Assembly (NCBI GenBank): GCA_039798645.1
Contig: JBDKFR010000068.1
Location: 4,744-68,743, forward strand
Source of the DNA: Bacteroidota bacterium
Lineage (GTDB): Bacteria; Bacteroidota; Bacteroidia; Chitinophagales; Chitinophagaceae
Direction: 5' to 3'
Length of the DNA stretch: 64,000 nucleotides
This document shows positions 53,858 to 64,000 of this stretch, in pieces (position 1 is the first letter of the stretch; each line of letters begins with the position of its first letter). The notes below the pieces were generated by a model. That model was not told the DNA's origin and did no database searches. It worked only from the letters and a program-made list of their open reading frames with translations. A program made the translations under genes and the position numbers.

Positions 53858-54484
53858 ATGTTACAGATAAGCTTACATAACGCGGCTAAAAGATTTAATA
53901 AGGACTGGATTTTCAAAGATCTTAGTTACACTTTTGAAATGGGCAAGCATTATGCACTCATTGGCAATAATGGTTCAGGTAAGAGTACCTTATTGCAAGT
54001 GTTGGCTGGTTACCTTAATTTATCAAAAGGAACGATTACTTGGGATGATCATGATACGAATACTATTTATAGTCAAATAAGTATAGCAGCACCCTATTTA
54101 GAATTAATTGAAGAATTTACCACCCTTGAGCAATTTGAATTTCATGAACAATTCAAGCCATTGAGAAAGGACCTTAGTGTGGAAGAGATGATTGACATGA
54201 TTGGATTGAAACAAGCTTCAAGCAAACAGATTAGATATTTCAGTAGTGGAATGAAACAAAGACTAAAATTAGCTTTAGCCATTTTTTCAGAAGCCCCTAT
54301 ATTATTATTAGATGAACCTTGTAGCAATTTAGACAAAGAAGGCTATGCCTTATATCATACGCTTATCAATAAATATGCGCTTCATAAGCTCATTATTGTT
54401 GGAAGTAATGATCCATTGGAATACGATTATTGCAAAGCACAAGTAAACCTACTCGACTATAAAGTTGTTGGCAATAACAATTAA
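53858..54484 (+). CDS. ABC-family ATP-binding protein (no adjacent permease)
   Basis: GNNGSGKST, FSSGMKQR, LLLDEP. Confidence 0.88.
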   Translation: MLQISLHNAAKRFNKDWIFKDLSYTFEMGKHYALIGNNGSGKSTLLQVLAGYLNLSKGTITWDDHDTNTIYSQISIAAPYLELIEEFTTLEQFEFHEQFKPLRKDLSVEEMIDMIGLKQASSKQIRYFSSGMKQRLKLALAIFSEAPILLLDEPCSNLDKEGYALYHTLINKYALHKLIIVGSNDPLEYDYCKAQVNLLDYKVVGNNN

Positions 54485-54511
54485 TATCAATCCACTTAAA
54501 GTAGTAAAAAA

Positions 54512-55726
54512 TTAACTTCTGCTTGTCAATAACAAGTTAAGGTCTGTAAATTTTAGCTGAAATTTTTCACTGATATAAAAATCAGTAAGCGCTCCTTTAT
54601 ACAAATAAATGCCTTCTCGTAAATGCATTTGGTGCCAAATGATTTCAGACAATCCACCCATATCTCCTACTTGAATTAATAATGGCATCAACACATTACT
54701 AATGGCTTGGCTTGCTGTTCGGGCAAAGCCGCTTGGTATATTGGGTACGCCGTAATGCAGCACATTATGCTTTATGATAATTGGGTTTTCATGATTGGTT
54801 AATTCACTTGTTTCAAAACAACCGCCTCTATCAATGGCAACATCAATGATAATGCTACCAGGTCGCATAGCTGCGACCATTTCCTCAGTAACTACAATTG
54901 GAGCGCGTCCGAATTCATTTCTTAAAGCACCTACGGCCACCTCACATGTTTTTAGTTGCTTGGCTAAAATTTTAGGTTCCAATACGCTTGTCCAAACTCT
55001 TTGTCCTAAATTATTTTGAAGTCTCTGTAACCTTGAAACATTATTATCAAATACTTTCACACTCGCACCCAAAGCCAATGCATTTCTAGTAGCAAATTCG
55101 CCAATAATATCCGCGCCAATGATCACCACTTTGGTTGGAGGAACACCACTAATACCACCTAACAAAATTCCTTTTCCTTGATTAAAATTACTCAAGTACT
55201 GTCCTGCAATTAACATCACAGCACTTCCAGCAATTTCACCCATGCTTCTTAATATAGGATAGTTTTGATTTTCATCTTTAATATTTTCAATCGCTAATGC
55301 CGTAATTTTTTTAGCCATTAATTTTTCAACCAACTCTTTTTTAAGGGCTGATAAATGTAATGGTGAAATAATTATTTGGTGCATTTGCAAAAAAGGTAAA
55401 TCAGCTTCAACCGGAGGTGCCGTTTTTACCAATATTGGGCATTTATACACTTCTTCTTTTTCAAAAGCAATCCTAGCTCCTGCTTCAGCATAATCATGGT
55501 CACTATATCTACTACCCTCACCAGCGCCTGACTCCACCATTACCTCATGGCCATTTGCGACCAATACGCCTACAGCTTCTGGTATTAAACCAATTCTATT
55601 TTCTTGAAAAGCTATTTCTTTTGGAATGCCAATTAGCAGTGGTTTGGAGCGATGTGGAATATCGAGCACTTCCTCCTGTGTCTCATAGGAAAACGAAGGG
55701 TGAATTTGTGGCTTGATGACACTCAT
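54512..55726 (-). CDS. ald: Alanine dehydrogenase-like (AlaDH/PNT family) protein
   Basis: IGIPKE...ENR, M.EIAG, LLGGISGVPP, DVAID.GG.FETS, VPNIP. Confidence 0.75.
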   Translation of the reverse strand: MSVIKPQIHPSFSYETQEEVLDIPHRSKPLLIGIPKEIAFQENRIGLIPEAVGVLVANGHEVMVESGAGEGSRYSDHDYAEAGARIAFEKEEVYKCPILVKTAPPVEADLPFLQMHQIIISPLHLSALKKELVEKLMAKKITALAIENIKDENQNYPILRSMGEIAGSAVMLIAGQYLSNFNQGKGILLGGISGVPPTKVVIIGADIIGEFATRNALALGASVKVFDNNVSRLQRLQNNLGQRVWTSVLEPKILAKQLKTCEVAVGALRNEFGRAPIVVTEEMVAAMRPGSIIIDVAIDRGGCFETSELTNHENPIIIKHNVLHYGVPNIPSGFARTASQAISNVLMPLLIQVGDMGGLSEIIWHQMHLREGIYLYKGALTDFYISEKFQLKFTDLNLLLTSRS

Positions 55727-55737
55727 GGTGATAATTT

Positions 55738-56148
55738 TTATGAAGTTATAATAATCCTTCTATGTTCAGGATCTAATATTTCAATTTTAAGTTTCAACGT
55801 CTCATCAGGCAACAGGGATGCTGCCTTTTCAGGCCATTCAATAAAACAAATATCAGCCTCATCCAACGCAGCCTCTACACCTGTTCTTATGGCTTCTGCT
55901 TCGTCTTCCAATCGATACCAGTCCATATGATATATCTTTTTCCCATTTGCCAAATGTTCATTCATGATGGAAAATGTAGGACTAGCGACCGTTTCTTCCA
56001 CACCCATTTGTTTACAAATTCGAGCAATTAAAGTGGTTTTACCCGCTCCCATTGGCGCATAAAATGCCCAAATATACTTATTAGCATATTCTTTAATAAG
56101 TTTAGCGGCAACCTGATCAATTTGATCCAACTTATAATCCATTTCCAT
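55738..56148 (-). CDS. tsaE: tRNA threonylcarbamoyladenosine ATPase TsaE
   Basis: MGAGKTT, SPTFSI, YHMDWYRL, IEWPE; start MEM just after TATCTTTG (56153-56160). Confidence 0.93.
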   Translation of the reverse strand: MEMDYKLDQIDQVAAKLIKEYANKYIWAFYAPMGAGKTTLIARICKQMGVEETVASPTFSIMNEHLANGKKIYHMDWYRLEDEAEAIRTGVEAALDEADICFIEWPEKAASLLPDETLKLKIEILDPEHRRIIITS

Positions 56149-56254
56149 ACTCCAAAGATAAGTCAAGTATTAGAAAGCTAAAAAATAGAAATCTTAAAAG
56201 GGTCGTACCTTTGTAATGTAAAATTGTTTACGACGGATCACGAAATGAAGCGAT

Positions 56255-58432
56255 ATGGAACATATACAATTAAAAGTTGACGGCATGAGTTGCACGAACT
56301 GTGCCCTCTCCATTCATAAATATTTACAAAATCAAGGTGCAGTAGAGCCTAAAGTTAATTTCATGGAAGGCGAAGTACAATTTGATTTGCCATCTGAATT
56401 GAATAAAGAAACCTTGGTAAAAGGCATTACTAGCCTTGGATATAAAGTGCGTGGACAAGAAGAAGCTGCTCCGGCAAAAAAATGGTTGGACAATAACAGA
56501 GATCGTGCTTTGTTTTGTTTAGTTTTTACGATACCATTGGTTGCACATATGATTCCTGGTTTTCATCAAATACCGGGCATGCATGTTTTCATGAATCCAT
56601 ATGTACAACTAGCCATGACCATCCCCGTATTTATAGTAGGCATGGGCTATTTTGGTAAAAGTGCATGGAGTAGTGTATTCAATGGAATTCCAAATATGAA
56701 TGTATTAGTAAGTATTGGCGCCATTGCTTCATTTGGATATAGTATTTATGGTACACTCATTGGAAAAGGCATGGAGTTTGCTTATTACGAAACGACTGCC
56801 ACTATTTTAACCTTGGTATTTTTTGGTAATTATTTGGAAGATGCCTCAATTGAATCAACACAACGCGCTTTAAAGGATTTAGTGAAAGCACAAAAAGTAA
56901 TGGCCAATATGATTGTGTTTGATGAAAATCATAAAGAAATAATATTTAATGTTGAAAGCGACACTTTGAAAGTGGGTGATTTAGTGTTGATCAATTCAGG
57001 TGAAACCATTCCCATGGATTGTAAAGTTTTATGGGGTGAAGCGAGCGTGAATGAGTCCATTGTAACGGGTGAAAGTGTGCCCGTATTTAGAAAGATGAAT
57101 GATATTTTATTGGGAGGAAGCACGATTGAAAATGGAACAGTGAAAGCTTATATCACAGCAGTTGGAAATGACACAGTGCTTGCTAATATATTAAAGATGG
57201 TTAAAGCGGCACAAGGTGAAAAACCACCTGTACAAATTTTAGCAGATAAAATTTCAGCGATTTTTGTTCCGTTGGTTTTAGGTATTGCTTTGCTTACTTT
57301 ATTAGGAAACTACTTTTTTGCCCACAACGCAAATGGAGATGCGATTGGTTTTGGTGAAAGTATGTTACGCGCTATTGCAGTTTTAGTTATTTCCTGCCCC
57401 TGTGCTATGGGACTAGCAACGCCAGCCGCTATTGCAGTTGGATTAGGTAGAGGTGCGAGAAATGGTGTTATATTTAAAAATGCAAAGAGCCTTGAAACCT
57501 TTAAGGATATAAAACAAGTAGTGTTTGATAAAACAGGTACTTTAACAACGGGGCATTTTGAAATTGCCAACTTTAAAATTAACGAATCCTCACAGAAGAA
57601 TGTTGCCAATGCCATCACTGAAGAAAATTTTAAGGCATTGGTTTATTCATTAGAAAGATATTCAAATCATCCCATTGCAAAATGTATTAGTGGTACTTGG
57701 AAAACAAATAATGCTAGGAATTGGGCGAAAATTGAGGAAGTAAAAGGGATGGGTATTGTTGCTAAGGATAAAGAAGGAAATGAATTTTGGTCAGGCTCTT
57801 TTAAAACATTAAAAGACCAAAATGCAGAAGATGGTCATAATGTATATATTCAGAAAAACGGTGAGTTAATTGGCTGGGTCGATGTAACCGATCAAATAAG
57901 ACCAGAAGCTAAAGAGGTTATCGAAACATTACATAAGCAAGGTATTCATACCATTTTATTAAGTGGTGATAGAAAGGAAAAATGCGAAACGGTAGGAAAA
58001 GCATTAGGCATTCAAGAAATTATAAGTGAACAAAGTCCAGCAGACAAATTAGCAAAATTAGCTGCTTTAACTTCCATTGCTCCTACTGCCATGGTGGGTG
58101 ATGGTATTAATGATGCACCTGCTTTGGCAAAAGCAACAATTGGAATTTCCCTAAGTAATGCCTCACATATAGCCATACAAAGTGCACAAGTTATTTTAAT
58201 GAATCAAGGTCTTAAAAATCTACCCATGTCATTAGGACTAGGGAGACGCACATATGAAACAATCAAAGAAAACTTAGCTTGGGCATTTTCCTATAATTTG
58301 GTAGCAATTCCAGTAGCTGCTTTGGGTTTACTTGGAACTTGGGGACCCACATACGGCGCCTTAATCATGGGATTAAGTGATGTAGTGCTTGCACTAAATT
58401 CACTAAGATTATTTAAAAAGAAATTAGTGTAA
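56255..58432 (+). CDS. copA: P1B-type heavy-metal (Cu+-like) ATPase
   Basis: GMSCTNC metal-binding domain, TGES, CPC, DKTGT, HP, GDGINDAP, YN; -7 element TACCTTTG at 56206-56213. Confidence 0.85.
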   Translation: MEHIQLKVDGMSCTNCALSIHKYLQNQGAVEPKVNFMEGEVQFDLPSELNKETLVKGITSLGYKVRGQEEAAPAKKWLDNNRDRALFCLVFTIPLVAHMIPGFHQIPGMHVFMNPYVQLAMTIPVFIVGMGYFGKSAWSSVFNGIPNMNVLVSIGAIASFGYSIYGTLIGKGMEFAYYETTATILTLVFFGNYLEDASIESTQRALKDLVKAQKVMANMIVFDENHKEIIFNVESDTLKVGDLVLINSGETIPMDCKVLWGEASVNESIVTGESVPVFRKMNDILLGGSTIENGTVKAYITAVGNDTVLANILKMVKAAQGEKPPVQILADKISAIFVPLVLGIALLTLLGNYFFAHNANGDAIGFGESMLRAIAVLVISCPCAMGLATPAAIAVGLGRGARNGVIFKNAKSLETFKDIKQVVFDKTGTLTTGHFEIANFKINESSQKNVANAITEENFKALVYSLERYSNHPIAKCISGTWKTNNARNWAKIEEVKGMGIVAKDKEGNEFWSGSFKTLKDQNAEDGHNVYIQKNGELIGWVDVTDQIRPEAKEVIETLHKQGIHTILLSGDRKEKCETVGKALGIQEIISEQSPADKLAKLAALTSIAPTAMVGDGINDAPALAKATIGISLSNASHIAIQSAQVILMNQGLKNLPMSLGLGRRTYETIKENLAWAFSYNLVAIPVAALGLLGTWGPTYGALIMGLSDVVLALNSLRLFKKKLV

Positions 58433-58436
58433 TCAA

Positions 58437-60152
58437 TTGTTGAAATCAGCACAAGCCATATTAAAAAAGTATTGGGGCTATGAAAATTTCAGGCCACAGC
58501 AATTAAATATTATAAATGCTGTACTTGAAAAAAAAGATACGCTTGCCTTGCTACCTACGGGAGCTGGAAAGTCATTATGCTTTCAAATACCTACCCTATG
58601 TGAAGACGGAATTTGCTTAGTCATTAGCCCGCTTATAGCACTTATGCAGGACCAAGTTAATGATTTGCAATCTAAGCATATTCCATCCATTGCACTAGGC
58701 GGACACTTAAGTGAGGAAGCACAAGCCGAAGTAATGGCTGCAGCAGTTCGAGGGAAATATAAATTCATTTATTGTTCCCCTGAAAAATTAGCACAAAAAC
58801 AGTTTCAAGAATCCCTTAGTCAAATAAAAATTACACTCTTTGCTATTGATGAGGCACATTGTATTTCACAATGGGGCTATGACTTCCGACCTCCTTATAG
58901 AAAATTAAAAGTATTAAAACAACTATTCCCCAAAGTCCCTATACTAGCCATGACGGCTTCTGCTATTCCCGTTGTTCAAGAGGATATTATGAAGGAGCTT
59001 TCATTTAACAGTACACATATTATCACCGATTCATTTTTAAGACCCAACTTAAAATACAGTATACAAAAATGCCCCGTTAAATTACAGGTGTTAAGACAAA
59101 TATTAAATACATTAACTGGGTCAGCCATTATTTATTGCAATACGCGAAGCAATGTATCGCAATTGGCACAGTTACTCAATGATTATGGATATAAGGTGGG
59201 CGAATATCATGCTGGCATGCCATTGGAACAAAGAAAAAAAGTACAACATGATTGGATGCAAAATTTAACACCCATAGTGGTTTGTACAAGTGCATTTGGA
59301 ATGGGTATTAATAAAGGCAATGTTAGATTGGTATTACATTATGACATACCAGGAAGCATTGAACAATATTACCAGGAAGCAGGTAGAGCAGGACGAGATG
59401 GTGAATTGTCTGAAGCCATTTTATTATATCAACAAAACGATTGGAATTATTGGATAGAGTTACAAGAAAAAAAATATCCATCGATAGATATCATGAAAAA
59501 AATATTCCAAGACCTTGCCGATTTTGTACAACTTCCGATTGGTATGGGTGAAAAACAACAATTTCCATTTGATTTTGAAAATTTTTGTATCGTTTTTAAA
59601 TGGGATAAAATAATTGCGCGTAACGCTTTAAGTTGGATTCAACAAGAAGGGCATATTCGTTTTTCTGAGTCAGCCTTCACGCCATCTTTGGTGCAAGTAT
59701 TAGGAGATCGATTCAGTATTGAAAGTTTTCAAAATGCCCATCCAATTGCAGGAACTGTTTTACAAACGCTATTACGTAGTTATGGTGGCATATTAGATAG
59801 CCCTCATTTTATTAATGAAAAACTATTGGCCGAATTATTGCAAAGAGACCTGCCATTTGTCAATCAACAGCTACAAATATTAGCCATGCACGGCATGATA
59901 AGTTTTGATCAAAAACAAAACCAACCAGTAGTTCAATTTTTATGGAACAGAAGTTCAGCTAGCTTCATGAAAATAGATTTTGACCATTATCAGCTCATGA
60001 AAAAGGGATTTATGGAAAGAATTAAACAATTCATTGGCTATTTGCAAGCTCAACCCAGCCTTTGCAGAAGTGTATATTTAGCTAAATACTTTGGCGAAAT
60101 TGGTTCAAAACCCTGTGGAATTTGCGACATTTGTTCAAGTACGAAGGAATAG
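58437..60152 (+). CDS. recQ: RecQ-family helicase ending at a zinc-binding motif (no HRDC)
   Basis: LPTGAGKS, DEAHCISQWGYDFRP, QEAGRAGRDG, CR....YFGE....CGICDIC; TTG start. Confidence 0.88.
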   Translation: MLKSAQAILKKYWGYENFRPQQLNIINAVLEKKDTLALLPTGAGKSLCFQIPTLCEDGICLVISPLIALMQDQVNDLQSKHIPSIALGGHLSEEAQAEVMAAAVRGKYKFIYCSPEKLAQKQFQESLSQIKITLFAIDEAHCISQWGYDFRPPYRKLKVLKQLFPKVPILAMTASAIPVVQEDIMKELSFNSTHIITDSFLRPNLKYSIQKCPVKLQVLRQILNTLTGSAIIYCNTRSNVSQLAQLLNDYGYKVGEYHAGMPLEQRKKVQHDWMQNLTPIVVCTSAFGMGINKGNVRLVLHYDIPGSIEQYYQEAGRAGRDGELSEAILLYQQNDWNYWIELQEKKYPSIDIMKKIFQDLADFVQLPIGMGEKQQFPFDFENFCIVFKWDKIIARNALSWIQQEGHIRFSESAFTPSLVQVLGDRFSIESFQNAHPIAGTVLQTLLRSYGGILDSPHFINEKLLAELLQRDLPFVNQQLQILAMHGMISFDQKQNQPVVQFLWNRSSASFMKIDFDHYQLMKKGFMERIKQFIGYLQAQPSLCRSVYLAKYFGEIGSKPCGICDICSSTKE

Positions 60153-60233
60153 GTATATTTTAACAAAAGATTGGAAGTACATTTTTTCCTAAAAAAAGTA
60201 AAAATCGTTTCTTTACAATAATAAACAAGCAAT

Positions 60234-60935
60234 ATGGAAGATAAAAAGAAATTTAAAATACTATTATGTGAAGATGATAGTAACCTAGGATTAGTTTTGA
60301 AAAACTATATAGAGTTAGACGAGTATGACGTTACATTAGAACGTGACGGTCGTTTAGGATTAGCAGCATTCCAAAGAGAAAGTTTTGATTTATGCTTATT
60401 GGATGTCATGATGCCAAATGTTGATGGATTTAAATTAGCAGAAGAAATTAGAGATATTGATCCTGACGTGCCATTGTTTTTTTTAAGTGCAAAAACCTTA
60501 AAAGAGGATATCATACAAGGGTATAAATTAGGTGCCGATGATTATATCACTAAGCCATTTGATAGTGAAGTGTTAATGCTTAAAATAAAAGCAATCATTA
60601 AACGTAATGAAGAGGACCATAGAGTTACGGATAACCAAGAATATCAATTAGGAAAATATCACTTTAATCCAAAATTACGTGAACTAAAGCATGATGATTT
60701 AATTCAAGTTTTATCGCCTAAGGAAAATGAATTATTGAAAATGTTATCAGAACATAAAAATGATTTATTAACCAGAGAAAAAGCGTTGAAAAAAATATGG
60801 GGCAGCGATACCTACTTCAATGGACGAAGCATGGACGTATATATTGCAAAATTGAGAAAATTTTTAAAGGACGACGACCAAATTGAAATTGTAAACATTC
60901 ATGGTAATGGATTCCGATTAGTGGTTAACTCCTAA
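60234..60935 (+). CDS. rprY: OmpR-family response regulator, RprY-like
   Basis: EDD, LDVMMP, ADDYITKPF, IWG.D.YFNGRSMDVYIAKLRK, NIHG.GFRL. Confidence 0.85.
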   Translation: MEDKKKFKILLCEDDSNLGLVLKNYIELDEYDVTLERDGRLGLAAFQRESFDLCLLDVMMPNVDGFKLAEEIRDIDPDVPLFFLSAKTLKEDIIQGYKLGADDYITKPFDSEVLMLKIKAIIKRNEEDHRVTDNQEYQLGKYHFNPKLRELKHDDLIQVLSPKENELLKMLSEHKNDLLTREKALKKIWGSDTYFNGRSMDVYIAKLRKFLKDDDQIEIVNIHGNGFRLVVNS

Positions 60936-60959
60936 ATTCATTAATAAATAATAATTACT

Positions 60960-60989
60960 AAAAAGCGCATCTTAATGGATGCGCTTTTT
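60960..60989. terminator. Bidirectional terminator between rprY and ruvB
   Basis: AAAAAGCGCATC/GATGCGCTTTTT. Confidence 0.88.
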
Positions 60990-61019
60990 ATTTCAAGGAA
61001 CTATAAAATAAGTTTATAA

Positions 61020-62054
61020 CTATCTGAATAATTCTGGATTTTCTGAAGCACCACCGCGATGCTTACCTAAATGCTCATATGCTTTATAAGTTACCTCACG
61101 TCCACGAGGCGTACGTTGTAAAAAACCTTCCTGAATTAAAAATGGTTCATATACTTCCTCAATGGTACCAGACTCCTCCCCCACTGCAGTTGCAATAGTG
61201 GAAATACCAACAGGACCACCTTTGAATTTTTCAATAATGGCTAGTAAGATTCTGTTATCCATTTCATCTAAACCATGGTCATCTACATTTAATGCTTTTA
61301 AGGCATGCTTAGTAATACCTATATCTACAATGCCATCGTTTAATACTTGTGCAAAGTCACGAACTCTTCGTAATAACCCATTGGCAATACGCGGGGTACC
61401 TCTGCTTCGTCTGGAAATTTCACCTGCAGCTTCTGTATTAATGTTTACATTTAAAATCCCTGCACTTCGTAATATAATTTTTTCAATAACAGTTGCTGGA
61501 TAATATTCTAAACGTGACTTAATACCAAAACGTGATAACAAAGGGGCAGTTAACAAACCACTTCTGGTAGTGGCGCCTACTAAAGTAAACGGATTTAAAT
61601 TAATTTGTATGCTTCTAGCATTGGCACCACTATCAATCATGATGTCAATTTTATAATCTTCCATAGCAGCATACAAATACTCTTCCACCACTGTACTTAA
61701 ACGGTGTATCTCATCAATAAACAATACATCATTGGGTTCTAAACTCGTTAATAAACCTGCTAAGTCACTTGGCTTTTCAATTACAGGGCCAGATGTTTCT
61801 TTAATTTGTACACCCATTTCATTGGCAACAATCCTACTTAATGTTGTTTTACCTAAGCCTGGAGGTCCATGAAATAAAATATGATCTAATGCCTCTCCTC
61901 TTAATTTCGCTGCCTTTATAAATATGCTGATGTTCTCAATTAGTTGAGGTTGACCAGCGAATGCATCAATTTCGGTTGGGCGAATACTATTTTCAAATTC
62001 ACGATCCTGTGGATTTAAATTTTGATTATTCGTATCTAAAATTGGATTGGACAT
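61020..62054 (-). CDS. ruvB: Holliday junction helicase RuvB
   Basis: [41 protein letters not shown]. Confidence 0.97.
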   Translation of the reverse strand: MSNPILDTNNQNLNPQDREFENSIRPTEIDAFAGQPQLIENISIFIKAAKLRGEALDHILFHGPPGLGKTTLSRIVANEMGVQIKETSGPVIEKPSDLAGLLTSLEPNDVLFIDEIHRLSTVVEEYLYAAMEDYKIDIMIDSGANARSIQINLNPFTLVGATTRSGLLTAPLLSRFGIKSRLEYYPATVIEKIILRSAGILNVNINTEAAGEISRRSRGTPRIANGLLRRVRDFAQVLNDGIVDIGITKHALKALNVDDHGLDEMDNRILLAIIEKFKGGPVGISTIATAVGEESGTIEEVYEPFLIQEGFLQRTPRGREVTYKAYEHLGKHRGGASENPELFR

Positions 62055-62090
62055 TAATATTATTGCTTGTTATTGTATATAAAAGTAGGT

Positions 62091-64000
62091 TTATTTACTT
62101 ATTGAATATGATTTGTCTAATAAATGATTATAAATGAATTTGTTTTTCAACTCAGTAAAATGTTTCCCTTTAGCTCCTCCCCATCCATGCCTTCCACCTG
62201 GATATAACATAAAATCTACTTCTTTACCATTATCCTGTAAAGAACTAAGAAGTTGAATTGAATTTTGCATGTGTACATTATCGTCCATTGTTCCATGCAC
62301 GAGTTGTAATTTTCCTTTGAAGTTTTTTATATGCGTCATGACACTACTTGATTTATACCCTTCTGGATTTTCCTTTGGCGTATCCATAAATCTTTCAGTA
62401 TAATGAGAGTCATATAATTCCCAAGAAGTTACACTTCCTCCAGCTAACGCATGCGTAAACACTTCCGATCCGTAGGTTAGTGCATAGCAACTCATGTAGC
62501 CACCATAACTAAATCCAGTGATAGCAATTTTCTTAGGATCCGCATTTGCATTACCTATAAACCATTTAGCCATAGTCATATAATCCTGCATTTCCCAATA
62601 GCCTAAATTTCGATACATATAATTAACCCCTTCTTTTCCAAAATGTCCGCTAGCTCTATGATCAAAAGCTACTTGAATAATGCCTTCTTTTGCCCAAGTC
62701 TCTTTAACAGTAGGGTTTGTCCATGTATCCATGACAGTTCCAGCATTAGGCCCTCCATAAATACTAACTAGTAAAGGATACTTTTTATTAGAATCCATAT
62801 TTTTCGGCCAAGTCACCAAAGCAGGTAACTCATATAAACCATCTGCACTTTTAATACGAATTAATTCAGTCTTAGCAAATGTTTCTATTTTAAAATTACT
62901 ATCTACTGCAGTTCCTAAAACTTGAGATTTGATTTCTCCTTTCTTGGTAATTTCAAAAACTGAAATATTAGTTGGTGTTTTTACATTACTATACACACCT
63001 ACAAAATGTTTAGCATCAGGCGCTAAATAAACCTGACTATAGTTGTAATCACCAATGGATAATCGTTTTAAATTAGTGCCATCCAACCCAATACTATAAA
63101 AGTCAACCCTGGCAGTATTCTCAATACCTCTTGCAGTAAAATAAATGGTTTTATTTTTTTCATCAATTAATTTAATCCCCGTTACGGTGTATTTACCATT
63201 AGTTATTGGGTTTATTAATTGTCCATTCATATCATACAAATACAATTGATTCCATCCACTTGCATCTGACTGTGCGATGTAACCACCATTATTGGCTAAA
63301 AAATTAATTCTTCCGCTCACTCTGTCTTCTAAATCAATCCATGTTTTTTGATATTCTTTATAAACTTCTTTCTTTGCACCAGAAGTCATATCTAATTCGT
63401 AAACTTTTAAATTGTTTTGTCCACGATCCATCCAAGATAACCACATACTATTGTTGTTGGGATTCCAAATAGGCCATCCAAAATATTGGTCCTCTTTGTC
63501 ATTGAAATCAGCCCAAGTAATGTTGCCACCGGTTGGAGCAGCCCATCCTATTTTTACGGTTGGGTTTGCATCGCCCACTTTCGGGTATCTTGTTTCTTCA
63601 ACAAAACCATGTTGCCCATCACTATTATAAATAGGGAACATAGGTACATTTCTTTCATCAAAACGCATAAAAGAAATAAACTTACTATCCGGACTCCACC
63701 AAAATGCACGATACTGTGTTGGACGACCAAAAATTTCTTCAAAGTATACCCAACTAGCATAACCATTTAAGATGCCCTTAATCTCCTCATTGGTTATCGC
63801 TCTCTCAATTTTATGCTCAAGTTCAAATGTATAAAGATTATTGTATTTGGTATATCCTACATATTTTCCATCAGGAGAAAGTGTTGGATTTTTTTCTTCA
63901 GCAGCATCAAAAGTCAACTGCGTTTCGGTGCCATTTTCTTTTAAGTAAACATTAGCATTTTTAATAAAAACTGTTTTTTCATTAACAGTTGACACTTTCG
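62091..64000 (-). CDS. S9B dipeptidyl peptidase IV family (5' end outside window)
   Basis: WVYFEE, WWSPD, YPKVG, YGGP, GFSYGG, HGTMDDNVH, YPG.RHG. Confidence 0.92.
   Translation of the reverse strand, partial: KVSTVNEKTVFIKNANVYLKENGTETQLTFDAAEEKNPTLSPDGKYVGYTKYNNLYTFELEHKIERAITNEEIKGILNGYASWVYFEEIFGRPTQYRAFWWSPDSKFISFMRFDERNVPMFPIYNSDGQHGFVEETRYPKVGDANPTVKIGWAAPTGGNITWADFNDKEDQYFGWPIWNPNNNSMWLSWMDRGQNNLKVYELDMTSGAKKEVYKEYQKTWIDLEDRVSGRINFLANNGGYIAQSDASGWNQLYLYDMNGQLINPITNGKYTVTGIKLIDEKNKTIYFTARGIENTARVDFYSIGLDGTNLKRLSIGDYNYSQVYLAPDAKHFVGVYSNVKTPTNISVFEITKKGEIKSQVLGTAVDSNFKIETFAKTELIRIKSADGLYELPALVTWPKNMDSNKKYPLLVSIYGGPNAGTVMDTWTNPTVKETWAKEGIIQVAFDHRASGHFGKEGVNYMYRNLGYWEMQDYMTMAKWFIGNANADPKKIAITGFSYGGYMSCYALTYGSEVFTHALAGGSVTSWELYDSHYTERFMDTPKENPEGYKSSSVMTHIKNFKGKLQLVHGTMDDNVHMQNSIQLLSSLQDNGKEVDFMLYPGGRHGWGGAKGKHFTELKNKFIYNHLLDKSYSISK

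Overview
AT-rich, gene-dense chromosomal window from a Bacteroidota bacterium. Gene content and protein style suggest Chitinophagaceae, perhaps Sediminibacterium-like (inference). It is mostly housekeeping: atpDC, glpKF, envC, dut, T9SS/gliding genes porU-porV/gldJ, ispF, murF, gltX, fumC, gyrB, mfd, glyS, tig-clpP1-clpP2-clpX, lpxD-lpxC/fabZ-lpxA, tsaE, a CopA-type ATPase, recQ, rprY, ruvB and two tRNAs (Ser-GGA, Leu-TAG). No transposase, integrase, phage gene, cas gene or CRISPR array was found. The unexplained structure is non-coding or very small: (1) a composite hairpin and 66-bp tandem-repeat element behind tRNA-Ser; (2) an orphan promoter-to-terminator unit (candidate sRNA) at ~18.2-18.3 kb whose U-rich core is complementary to the gyrB leader; (3) an 88-bp tandem array of hairpins with compensatory substitutions, plus a second candidate sRNA and an unlisted 50-aa ORF, downstream of clpX; (4) a consensus sigma54 promoter before clpP. 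Coding oddities include a GldJ without a lipobox, an alanine-dehydrogenase-like protein with altered motifs, a Cys-rich AraC regulator and apparent loss of porX from its usual neighbourhood. All calls come from reading the sequence; no searches or folding programs were run.
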